Positions 1-7,856 of a stretch of DNA of 14,601 nt are shown in pieces (the stretch's first letter is position 1; each line of letters starts with the position of its first letter). The position numbers and the translations under genes were made by a program. Under the pieces are notes generated by a model. It did no database searches and was not told where the DNA came from. It was given only the letters and a program-made list of their open reading frames with translations. Source of the DNA: Candidatus Eiseniibacteriota bacterium. GTDB lineage: Bacteria; Eisenbacteria; RBG-16-71-46. The stretch covers positions 1 through 14,601 of the forward strand of contig JANLWX010000233.1 of the NCBI GenBank assembly GCA_031364845.1, in the 5' to 3' direction.

Positions 1-25
1 TCAACGACTCAGGGAGGACCACGCC

Positions 26-1453
26 GTGTCCAAGTTCGATCTGCGCGACATCTCCGAGCGCCTTGCGCGCTCCAAGGATACCGAAGCCGTCGTATTCGAG
101 TTCCTCGGCTATCTGCAGGGCGGCAGGTCGGATTGGGTCGCGGCCCTGACCTTCTACGAGGTCAGTAGCGACTCGCTGGTGAGCGTCTACGAGCGTCCGT
201 TCGACCGTCTCGAGAAGCGCGACGTGCGCATCCCGGTGGACCAGCTGCCGGCGCGACTCGTGCGGAAATTCTTCCGGCCCAGTGCATTTTTCAATCATGC
301 CGACCGCCGCTCGCTGCTGGCCCAGATGCTGCACGCCTCGCCCGCCTACGAGCCCGACCACGTCGAGGCACCGTTGCTGCGCGGCCTGATCCCGCTCGCC
401 AACTGGAACTCGTGCATGTGCCTCGCGCTCGCCGACCAGGAGGACGTGCTCGCTTTGATGGTGGTCGCGAGCGAGAAACGCAACGCGTTCGGCAGCCGGG
501 TCGTGGGTGAAGTGATTCCGGTCAAGAGCATCGCCGCACTCGCCATCTCGCAGCACCTCCATCGCGCGCGGCAACTCGACACGCCGGTCGCCGACGATCG
601 CGCGGCGCGGGCGGCAGCGGCGGAATTCCAGGATCGCATCCGCCGGCTCAACGCCCAGACCGAGAACCTCGAAGCCGACAACCGTCAGAAGGCCGAACGG
701 CTCGCCGCGCTGAACCAGGAGCTCGAGCAGCTCGGCAGCAGTTCGTCGCAATATCAGCACGAACTCGAGCGCGTGAAGATGTCGCTCGCGGCGCTCGAGG
801 AACAGACCGTCGCCGCGACCACACACTTGAACGACGCCTACGTGCAGCTCACGCATGCCGAGTCGCGGCTGCAGAACATGGACCGCACGGTTGCGTTTCT
901 GAAGGACGCGTTCAACGTGCTGGCCGAGGAACACGATCCGAACGAGTTCCCCCGCACACTCGTGGCGTGGTTCTGCGAAGCGTTCGAACTCGAACGCTGC
1001 AGCCTGATGCTGCTGGACGGCGGGCGCGACACGCTGCGGATCGCCGCTCAGCAGGGCATCGATCCGAGTGTCGTGGCCGGCGTGCGCGTGCGCGTGGGCC
1101 AGGGTGTGGCGGGATGGGTCGCGCACCATCGCCGGCCGTTGCTGGTGCGGGCGCGGGACGAGGAGCAGGCGCCGCACACCGGCCTCGACACCTACAACTC
1201 CGACTCGTTCATCTCGGTGCCGCTGTCCTACAACAATCACCTCTACGGCGTGCTCAACCTGAGCAACAAGCGGGATGGCGAGCCGTTCGAGGAGCATGAT
1301 CTCGATCGCGCGATGATGGCGGGCTCGCTGGTCGCAATGGCGCTCGGTGTGCGCGATGCGCACGGCGAGACCGTGGACGACGTCGCGGAACGGATCCGCG
1401 CGGCCTCGGGGCACGAGATCCAGGAACGCATTCGCAACGCCGTGAACGAATAG
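26..1453 (+). CDS. GAF domain-containing protein (probable N-terminal GAF-like domain, central coiled coil, C-terminal GAF)
   Basis: 475 aa ORF with GTG start and SD AGGGAGG at 11-17. The C-terminal part has typical GAF signatures (RCSLMLLD, GQGVAGWVA, SFISVPL...LYGVLNLSNKRDGEPFEEHD). The middle is an E/Q/L/R-rich heptad region. The N-terminal CMCLALADQEDVLALMVVASEKRNAF resembles a second, degenerate GAF. Confidence 0.85.
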   Translation: MSKFDLRDISERLARSKDTEAVVFEFLGYLQGGRSDWVAALTFYEVSSDSLVSVYERPFDRLEKRDVRIPVDQLPARLVRKFFRPSAFFNHADRRSLLAQMLHASPAYEPDHVEAPLLRGLIPLANWNSCMCLALADQEDVLALMVVASEKRNAFGSRVVGEVIPVKSIAALAISQHLHRARQLDTPVADDRAARAAAAEFQDRIRRLNAQTENLEADNRQKAERLAALNQELEQLGSSSSQYQHELERVKMSLAALEEQTVAATTHLNDAYVQLTHAESRLQNMDRTVAFLKDAFNVLAEEHDPNEFPRTLVAWFCEAFELERCSLMLLDGGRDTLRIAAQQGIDPSVVAGVRVRVGQGVAGWVAHHRRPLLVRARDEEQAPHTGLDTYNSDSFISVPLSYNNHLYGVLNLSNKRDGEPFEEHDLDRAMMAGSLVAMALGVRDAHGETVDDVAERIRAASGHEIQERIRNAVNE

Positions 1454-1481
1454 CGGTCCAGCGCGCCGGCCGCGGCCCCTC

Positions 1482-2018
1482 TCAGGAGCGCGCGGTCGGC
1501 GCCGATCCCCCGGCGAGCTCGGCGCGGTATTCGGCGAGCGCACGCGTGTGGGACGTGAAGGCGATCGGGTCCGGCAGGGCATCGAGCGGAAAAAAGTCCG
1601 CCTCGATCGCGTCGTCCCCGGCCGCGAGCGTGCCGCCGGAATGCTCCGCGACATAGAGGATCAGGATCGAGCGCGTGCGCGGGTCATCCTTACCCGCGTA
1701 GATGTTGAACAACCGTGTCAGCCGGCCCTCGATCCCGGTCTCTTCGTACAGCTCCCGCAGCGCGCACTCTTCGGGCGTTTCACCGAACTCCATGAAGCCC
1801 GCGGGCAGGCACCAGGCCCCCGCGCGCGGCTCGAAGCGGCGGCGCACCATGAGCAGCGAGCCCTGCGTCGCGAGGAGCACGCCCGCGGCCGGCACCGGGT
1901 TGCGGTAGTGAATGAAGCCGCATGACGGGCAGGTCGGGCGCAACACGCCGTATTCGGGTTGCGTGGCGAGGAGCGCGCCGCAATGGGGGCAGAAGCGCAC
2001 GGGATCGGTGAGGAGCAT
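1482..2018 (-). CDS. NUDIX hydrolase with N-terminal zinc ribbon (ADP-ribose pyrophosphatase-like)
   Basis: FCPHCG...CPSCG zinc ribbon, YRNP motif, and Nudix box GFMEFGETPEECALRELYEETG (GX5EX7REUXEEXG). Confidence 0.93.
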   Translation of the reverse strand: MLLTDPVRFCPHCGALLATQPEYGVLRPTCPSCGFIHYRNPVPAAGVLLATQGSLLMVRRRFEPRAGAWCLPAGFMEFGETPEECALRELYEETGIEGRLTRLFNIYAGKDDPRTRSILILYVAEHSGGTLAAGDDAIEADFFPLDALPDPIAFTSHTRALAEYRAELAGGSAPTARS

Positions 2019-2025
2019 GGAAGGA

Positions 2026-2031
2026 ACGCTA
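2026..2031 (-). promoter_or_regulatory. possible -10 hexamer (TAGCGT) for a leaderless NUDIX transcript
   Basis: On the minus strand a TANNNT hexamer lies 7 nt upstream of the ATG at 2018. There is no SD; the spacer is TCCTTCC. Confidence 0.4.
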
Positions 2032-2149
2032 CGCGCAGCGCGCCGAGGCGCGCAAGCCTCGCAGGCCCGCGTACAGAGACCTCTCAGCGAGCCGTCGGCG
2101 CGCGAGCGATGCGGAGAGCCTCACGCGGCTCGACTGCCGGGTCGTTGCC

Positions 2150-2194
2150 GAACAGATAGAGAAGGACCCGGCGTCCGTGTGGACACCGGGTCCT
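2150..2194 (-). terminator. intrinsic terminator downstream of the PDZ gene and its structured 3' element
   Basis: Minus strand AGGACCCGGTGTCC-ACAC-GGACGCCGGGTCCT forms a 14 bp stem with one G-U pair that works only on this strand. It is followed by TCTCTATCTGTT. Confidence 0.75.
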
Positions 2195-2216
2195 CTCGCT
2201 CGGTCCCCCTTGCATC

Positions 2217-2314
2217 CCCGAGAGGGAGCGCCGCGCTGCACCTTCCCATCCAGTTACTTGCCCCTTGCTGGCACCTGACGGTGCGGATGAGTCGGATCGA
2301 CGCTCCCTCTCGAG
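2217..2314 (-). ncRNA. candidate structured RNA element (3' UTR or small RNA), family unknown
   Basis: 17 bp closing stem 2298-2314/2217-2233 (CTCGAGAGGGAGCGTCG/CGGCGCTCCCTCTCGGG; both mismatches are G-U on the minus strand). Inner stem CTCATCC/GGATGGG and hairpin GCACC-GTCA-GGTGC. Confidence 0.45.
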
Positions 2315-2323
2315 TCTTTGTTC

Positions 2324-3379
2324 CTACCGGTCGCGCTTGATCTCCGCGAGTTCCTTGCGCAGTTCCGCGAGTTCGCGACGCAGGTCGCTCAGCTCGCGCT
2401 TCAGCTCTGCGCTGTTCTTGCCGTCGTCGAGCAGTCCGTCTCCCGAATCCTCGCGCCATTCGAACACGTGAGGGTTCGGATTGATCCGGCGCATCGTGTG
2501 CGGTGCACGCGGCGCGATCGGCGTCATAGGACTGATCGCTTCGAGTTCGGCTTCGACGGTGCGCCGCGAACCGCGACGGCGAAGCTCGATCTCCACGCGT
2601 CCTGATTTACCCCGCAGGGTCTGGATCAGGTCCGTCGCATCGTTGACCGACTGGCCTTCCACACGGGTGATGACGTCGCCGGCGCGAATGCCGGCGCGCT
2701 CGGCGGGAGTGTTCTCCATGACTTCGACGACCTGCGCACCCTGATCGGATCCGTTGTCGCCGGCGTCCTCGACGCGCACGCCGAGCTTCACGCGACCGGG
2801 CGCTCCTTCCATGCGAAATGCCTTCGCCTTGCCCTCGCGAACCATGCGACGAATCTCTTCGCGATCGGGAACTCCGGAAAGGTCCGGCAGGTCGTCGAGA
2901 TCTTCGACCTTGAGCTCCTTTGCATCGTTATCGATCTTGATCTTGTACTTGAGCTCGTCGCTCTGGCCGCGGTCTTCGCCTTCGTCCGCGCCCGGGCGTC
3001 CGGAGAGCCGCGCTTCGAGCGAGCGGCGCTCGCCGTCGCGAACGATGCGGATCGATACGGTTTCGCCGGCGCCCTGCGCGCGCACGATGTTCGCGAGTTC
3101 CTCGGGCGAATCGACCGAGCGCTGATCCACGCTCACGATCACATCACCCTTCTCGATTCCGGCGCGTTCGGCGGGGCTGTTCTCCACCACACGATTGACG
3201 AGCACTCCCTCGCCGCGATAATCGAGCCCTTCCCGGAGCTCCGGCGTGAGCGACTGCGAGTAGATGCCGAGCCAGCCACCGCCATCGGCGCGACTCTGCG
3301 CGTGCGCCGTAGGGGCGCCGCCGAGCAACGCGAGCGACAGTGCGAGCCCGGCCCAGCCGAGCGGTGCATGGTTACGCAT
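2324..3379 (-). CDS. exported protein with two PDZ domains and a C-terminal coiled coil (no protease domain)
   Basis: Start reassigned to ATG 3379 (MRNHAPLGW...), which has upstream AGGGGG and a signal peptide ending AHA-Q. Two DegP-type PDZ motifs (GWLGI...VVENSPAERAGIEKGDVIVSVD; KLGV...VMENTPAERAGIRAGDVITRVEG). The tail LKRELSDLRRELAELRKELAEIK is a heptad repeat. Confidence 0.88.
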   Translation of the reverse strand: MRNHAPLGWAGLALSLALLGGAPTAHAQSRADGGGWLGIYSQSLTPELREGLDYRGEGVLVNRVVENSPAERAGIEKGDVIVSVDQRSVDSPEELANIVRAQGAGETVSIRIVRDGERRSLEARLSGRPGADEGEDRGQSDELKYKIKIDNDAKELKVEDLDDLPDLSGVPDREEIRRMVREGKAKAFRMEGAPGRVKLGVRVEDAGDNGSDQGAQVVEVMENTPAERAGIRAGDVITRVEGQSVNDATDLIQTLRGKSGRVEIELRRRGSRRTVEAELEAISPMTPIAPRAPHTMRRINPNPHVFEWREDSGDGLLDDGKNSAELKRELSDLRRELAELRKELAEIKRDR

Positions 3380-3439
3380 GAAACAACCCCCTGTGCTAGC
3401 TTGGACCTGCATTTTCCCGGCATGATCGTGCCCACCTTG

Positions 3440-3466
3440 AAACAGTGCAGCACTCCCACCGGTTCC
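3440..3466 (-). promoter_or_regulatory. possible ECF-sigma promoter for the PDZ gene
   Basis: Minus strand GGAACC-N17-GTTT about 60 nt upstream of the start, similar to GGAAC...GTT ECF promoters. Confidence 0.25.
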
Positions 3467-3504
3467 CGGAAGTTTCCCGTCCCCGTTTGAGATAGACCGC
3501 CCCC

Positions 3505-4917
3505 GTGATGAAGGTCAATGACCTGTTAAAGGTTGAGGTCGTCGACCTCGCGCTCGGCGGCGCCGGCCTCGCCCGGCACGAGGGACGCGTCGTATTCGTC
3601 GATCGCGGCCTCCCCGGAGACGTCCTCGAGGCCCGGATCACGCGGGTGAAGAAATCATACGCCGAAGCGCGGCTGGCGCGGCTCGAAATCCCATCACCGC
3701 TCAGGATTTCACCTCGTTGTGTCCATGTCGCGCAGTGCGGCGGCTGCCGCTTCCAGGAACTCGACTACGGCGAGCAGTGCCTTGCGAAGACCCGGCAGGT
3801 TCGTGAGGCGCTCGAGCATCTCGGCGGCATCGAGAACCCGAGCGTCGGAACCATCGTTCCCGCGCCCCAGGTGTTCGGATACCGCAACAAGATGGAGTTC
3901 TCCTTCCACCCCGATCCGGCCACCGGCCACACCGTGCTCGGGCTTCACGAACGCAACGCGTTCGACCGCGTGTTCCCGCTCCAGCACTGTCACCTGTGTT
4001 CACCGCTGTCGAACGAAATCGTCCTGCTGACACAGGAGTTCGCCCGCGAGCACGCGTGGCGCGCCTATCACCCGCGCCTGCACACCGGTGTGGTGCGATA
4101 CCTTACGGTCCGCCATCTCGAACATGCGGGTCAGTGCGCGGCGCATCTGGTCGCGTCATCCGACGAGATCCCGGGCGTGAAGGACTGGGCCGCCGCGGTC
4201 GCCGCCCTGTCGCCCGACGTCAGGGCGGTGACGCTGCACCTGAACCGCGGGCGCGCGAACATCGCGTTCGGCGACGAGGAGCGGGTGCTGGCCGGAACCA
4301 GCACCATCGTCGAGCGCCTGCTCGGCCTCGAGTTCGAAGCCGGGCTCAACGTGTTCCTCCAGACCAACAGCACGCAGGCCGAGGCGCTCTATCAGGCGGC
4401 GATCGACGCCGCGGCACTCGAAGGCCACGAAACCGTGCTCGACCTCTACTGCGGCACCGGCACGCTCACGATGCTGTTCGCCCGCGTCGCCAAGGCTGCG
4501 ATCGGCGTGGAGAGCGTGACGGATTCCGTGGCGGGCGCGCGGCGCAACGCGCAGCGCAACGGCATCGAGAACGTGACCTTCGTCGAAGGCGAAGCGCGCA
4601 AGGTGCTGCGCGAGTGGGCGCGCGGAGAGCGGTCGCAGGCGCCGCGGCCCGAGGTCGTGGTGGTCGACCCGCCGCGTTCGGGGCTCCATCCGCGGGTCGT
4701 CGCGCGGATCGCGGAACTCACGCCTCAGCGCATCGTCTACGTCTCGTGCAATCCGGCGACGCTTGCGCGCGATCTCAAGGACTTCGCTCAGTACGGCTGG
4801 GCGCTCGTCCACGTGCAGCCGTTCGACATGTTTCCCCACACGCCGCACATCGAGTGCGTCGCGCGACTCGAGCGGCGGCCGAATGCGTCCGAAGTCCCGG
4901 AAATCGCGGGCGAATGA
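3505..4917 (+). CDS. rlmD: 23S rRNA (uracil-5)-methyltransferase RlmD/RumA family, with TRAM domain
   Basis: N-terminal TRAM (VFVDRGLPGD), Fe-S motif CVHVAQCGGC plus a distal Cys, GYRNKMEF, FLQTN, VLDLYCGTG, VVDPPRSG, catalytic YVSCNPATLARD, and FDMFPHTPHIEC. The start is either GTG 3505 or ATG 3508. Confidence 0.93.
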   Translation: MMKVNDLLKVEVVDLALGGAGLARHEGRVVFVDRGLPGDVLEARITRVKKSYAEARLARLEIPSPLRISPRCVHVAQCGGCRFQELDYGEQCLAKTRQVREALEHLGGIENPSVGTIVPAPQVFGYRNKMEFSFHPDPATGHTVLGLHERNAFDRVFPLQHCHLCSPLSNEIVLLTQEFAREHAWRAYHPRLHTGVVRYLTVRHLEHAGQCAAHLVASSDEIPGVKDWAAAVAALSPDVRAVTLHLNRGRANIAFGDEERVLAGTSTIVERLLGLEFEAGLNVFLQTNSTQAEALYQAAIDAAALEGHETVLDLYCGTGTLTMLFARVAKAAIGVESVTDSVAGARRNAQRNGIENVTFVEGEARKVLREWARGERSQAPRPEVVVVDPPRSGLHPRVVARIAELTPQRIVYVSCNPATLARDLKDFAQYGWALVHVQPFDMFPHTPHIECVARLERRPNASEVPEIAGE

Positions 4918-4973
4918 CGCCCCGCGGTCACGCGTGCGCTGGCAACGGCCTGACATGTGTCCGCGCGGAGCGA

Positions 4974-4982
4974 TGGTAGCAT
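4974..4982 (+). promoter_or_regulatory. possible extended -10 (TGGTAGCAT) for a leaderless transcript
   Basis: TGn-TAGCAT ends 7 nt before ATG 4990. No SD is present. Confidence 0.45.
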
Positions 4983-4989
4983 CCTCGCC

Positions 4990-5730
4990 ATGACCCTGCG
5001 CTCGCGGTACCTGTGCCTGTGCTTCGCGCTTTTCGTCTGCGTTCCCGTATTCGCCCACGCCGCTGAGATCGACAAAGGCGTGTATCGGATCTCCCTGCGC
5101 GGACGCGCGCTGGGGCGCGAGAACTTCTTCATCGACCAGTATTCGGACAGCATCGTCGTCGAGTCCACCGTGAAGATGGACATTCTGACGCCGGGCGGGC
5201 AGTTGCCGCTCGTGAAATCCATCCGGATGCAGGTCGACCCGTTTGATCTCAATCTGCGCAACTACGATTCGTCGCAATCGATCGGCGACAACAAGGTGAC
5301 GCGCGCGCTCGTGATGTCCGACACCTCGTTCTCATCGAACCGTGAAGAGAACGGGTTCGGATCGAACGATATCCTGGTCCGCCCGCCGGGGCGCATCTTC
5401 GTGCATGATCCCGACGTCTACGTGCTGTTCGACGTGATCACGCGCAATCTCCACACGCAGACCTTCGACAGCCGGCCGATCACGCTGATGGTCCTGGGCC
5501 AGCGCGACACGACGATCGAAGTCACTGCGACCAAGCTCGGCGTCGCTCCGCTGCGCTGGGGAGCGCGCACGGTTCAGGCGAACAAGCTGTCGCTCGAGGA
5601 CGGCGTCAATCGTCTGTTGCTGTGGTCCGACTCGCGCGGACGATTGCTGGTGTTCGAGGATCCGGCCTCGGGGCTGCGCGTCGTGCGCGATGCGCCGGCG
5701 GCAAAGTCACGCAAGCGCGCCGCTTCATGA
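4990..5730 (+). CDS. exported hypothetical protein, beta-strand rich
   Basis: ATG 4990 gives a clean signal peptide (MTLRSRYLCLCFALFVCVPVFAHA-AE). Codon style fits the neighbouring genes. The C-terminal LLLWSDSRGRLL resembles DUF3108/LolA-like open-sheet proteins (unverified). Confidence 0.75.
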   Translation: MTLRSRYLCLCFALFVCVPVFAHAAEIDKGVYRISLRGRALGRENFFIDQYSDSIVVESTVKMDILTPGGQLPLVKSIRMQVDPFDLNLRNYDSSQSIGDNKVTRALVMSDTSFSSNREENGFGSNDILVRPPGRIFVHDPDVYVLFDVITRNLHTQTFDSRPITLMVLGQRDTTIEVTATKLGVAPLRWGARTVQANKLSLEDGVNRLLLWSDSRGRLLVFEDPASGLRVVRDAPAAKSRKRAAS

Positions 5731-5751
5731 TGCGGTAGCAAGCGGCGGCGC

Positions 5752-7287
5752 TCAGCTTCCGGTCGCGCGCTGCGCGGCTCGCGCCCTGAGCCACTCGAGC
5801 AGCAGCCGCACGCCGAAGCCGTTCGGTCCGCGTCCTTCATGCGGCTTCTCGGCATAGGACCATGCCGTGCTCGCGATATCGAGATGCACCCACGGCAAGT
5901 CCTTCGCGAAGCGAGAGAGAAACACCGCCGCGATCGACGCGCCGCCTTCGCGCGCGCCCGAGTTGGTGAAGTCCGCGACGTCGCTGCGCAGGCTGTCGCC
6001 GTATTCTTCCCACAGCGGCATGCGCCACAACCGGTCTCCGCTCGCGCGCGCCGCTTCGTCCAGTTCCGCGGCGAGTCCATCGTCGCGCGTGAACAGTCCG
6101 GCCGCGAGATGCCCGAGTGCCAGGCTGATCGCCCCGGTCAGCGTCGCGAGATCGACGACCGCCACCGGTTCGAAGCGCCGCGCATAAACGAGCGCGTCCG
6201 CCAGCACCAGACGTCCCTCAGCGTCGGTGTTCGTGATCTCGATCGCGGTGCCGTCCATCGCGCGCACGACGTCGCCCGGCTTGAACGCGCGCCCGCCGGG
6301 CATGTTCTCGGCTGAAGGTATGAGACCGACCACGCGGAACGGCAGCTCGAGCGAAGGAAGTGCCGCGAACACTCCGAGCACTGCAGCCGCGCCCGCCATG
6401 TCGTACTTCATGCGCGCCATGCCTTCGCGCGGCTTGATGCTGATGCCGCCGGTATCGAAGGTGACGCCCTTGCCGATCAGCACGATGGTCGGAGCCGGAC
6501 GTTTTGGAGCCTTCGCGTTGCGGCCCGCCTTCCCAGCGAGCGCGGGCCGATCGAGCACGATGAACCGCGGCGGATTCACCGACCCCTTACCCACGGCGAG
6601 CACAGCGCCCATGCCGAGCTTCTCCATCTCGCGCACGCCTAGCACCTGAACGCGAGCACCGCTCGCCGAGCCGATCTCACGCGCGGCGTCCGCCAGCCGC
6701 TCGGGAATGAGTTCGTTGCCGGGCGCGTTCGCGAGATCGCGCGCCGTGCACGCGGACCGCGCCCATTGCGCGCCGCGCGCCGCGTGCGGGGCGAGTTCCC
6801 GCGCCGCCGCAGCATCGGCGACCAAGATCTCCATCTGCTTCAGCGTCGCCGGCGTCGCGGAGACCGGATTCTCGAAACGATGCAGGCCCAGCACGGCACC
6901 TTCGGCGAGCGCCTGCGCCGCGCGCGCGGCAGACACCGGACTTGTACCGGGCAGCGTGCACGCGAACTTCGCCGCGCCGAGATCCCGCGCGCGGCGCGAC
7001 GCGACGGCCATCGCCTGCAGCAGCCGGTGCGGCGTGAGTGCCGCGCGGTTGCCGAGTCCCAGCATCAGCACGCGGCGTGGCTTGCCGGAAGCCGGATGCA
7101 GGATCGCGATCTCGTTCGGCTTGCCGGAGAAGTCCTTCGAGCGGACCAGCGCAGCCACCAATCCGCCGCTGAGCGCGTCGACCGCACGGGCCGTGGCATC
7201 GAGGGTCTGGTCGTCGAGGAATCGCGTGAGCACGATCACGTCCGCCGCCGCCGTCGCCAGTGCACCCCGTCGAACCACGATCTGCAT
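5752..7287 (-). CDS. pepA: leucyl aminopeptidase (peptidase M17)
   Basis: Motifs IGKGVTFDTGGISIK, MKYDMAGAA, ENMPGG, NTDAEGRLVLAD, DLATLTGA, WVHLDIA. SD GAGGAGGAG lies upstream of ATG 7287. Confidence 0.96.
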   Translation of the reverse strand: MQIVVRRGALATAAADVIVLTRFLDDQTLDATARAVDALSGGLVAALVRSKDFSGKPNEIAILHPASGKPRRVLMLGLGNRAALTPHRLLQAMAVASRRARDLGAAKFACTLPGTSPVSAARAAQALAEGAVLGLHRFENPVSATPATLKQMEILVADAAAARELAPHAARGAQWARSACTARDLANAPGNELIPERLADAAREIGSASGARVQVLGVREMEKLGMGAVLAVGKGSVNPPRFIVLDRPALAGKAGRNAKAPKRPAPTIVLIGKGVTFDTGGISIKPREGMARMKYDMAGAAAVLGVFAALPSLELPFRVVGLIPSAENMPGGRAFKPGDVVRAMDGTAIEITNTDAEGRLVLADALVYARRFEPVAVVDLATLTGAISLALGHLAAGLFTRDDGLAAELDEAARASGDRLWRMPLWEEYGDSLRSDVADFTNSGAREGGASIAAVFLSRFAKDLPWVHLDIASTAWSYAEKPHEGRGPNGFGVRLLLEWLRARAAQRATGS

Positions 7288-7713
7288 GAGACTCCTCCTC
7301 GATTGAAGCGTAATTGGTGCGGGACGTGGCGCTGCGGCCGCACGTTACCCGATGTCGCGGCACCGCGCCCGGGGGACGTCATTGCCGGCAGCACCGCCGG
7401 GCCATGCCGGTCCCGAACGCGCCACTTGCACATCTGGGCCGCCCAAAACTGCCCACGTTTTGCACGGGCAGGACGATGATGGGCCGATCGGGGGCGTAAC
7501 AGCCTTGTCGCGCGGACACGGGCAAGGCATTCTCCGGAACTAGACTTCAGCGACCGGGACATGGATGTCCTCGACCCGCGTACGGATCTTGCTTTCACCT
7601 GGCCTGCTGCGCGGGAATGAGATTCGTCTTTGTCACGGTCCAACGCGCAGCAACATGCCTCGACAGCGCAGGACCGGCCATCGGTTCCCACGGAACCACG
7701 GCCATGAATCATT

Positions 7714-7733
7714 TCGGCACCACATGTTGCCGA
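7714..7733. promoter_or_regulatory. palindromic candidate transcription-factor site
   Basis: TCGGCA-CCACATGT-TGCCGA in the divergent pepA/lipoprotein intergenic region. Confidence 0.3.
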
Positions 7734-7835
7734 CGCGGCGCGGGGCAACGCGCACACACGTCAGAGCAGGGATGGCGCCATCGAATCGCTGGCTCCGCAC
7801 TGCGGAGCATCTCAGTCCGGCCGAGCATGGCCGGC

Positions 7836-7852
7836 GAAACCCAGGAGGTTTC
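7836..7852 (+). promoter_or_regulatory. hairpin overlapping the Shine-Dalgarno of the 7857 gene
   Basis: GAAACC-CAGGA-GGTTTC. The SD AGGAGG (7843-7848) spans the loop and the 3' arm. Confidence 0.5.
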
Positions 7853-7856
7853 TACA

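Noticed and set aside
2217..2314. SRP (4.5S) RNA, suggested by a ~100 nt long hairpin containing GTCAGGT
   Set aside because: It lacks the CAGG.CC-GNRA-GG.AGCAG domain IV motif.
3420..3434. sigma54 box on the minus strand upstream of the PDZ gene (TGGGCACGATCATGC)
   Set aside because: With GGCACG in register the GG-GC spacing is 9 rather than 10; with spacing 10 the -24 match is poor.
7715..7730. sigma54-like CGGCACCACATGTTGC upstream of the 7857 gene
   Set aside because: The GG-GC spacing is 11, and sigma54 spacing is strict. Kept only as a palindrome.
7617..7856. N-terminal extension of the 7617..8657 ORF (likewise the 8724, 11776, 4957 and 3412 starts)
   Set aside because: Downstream ATGs have an SD or -10 element and give proper signal peptides or domain starts. 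The extensions look non-coding.
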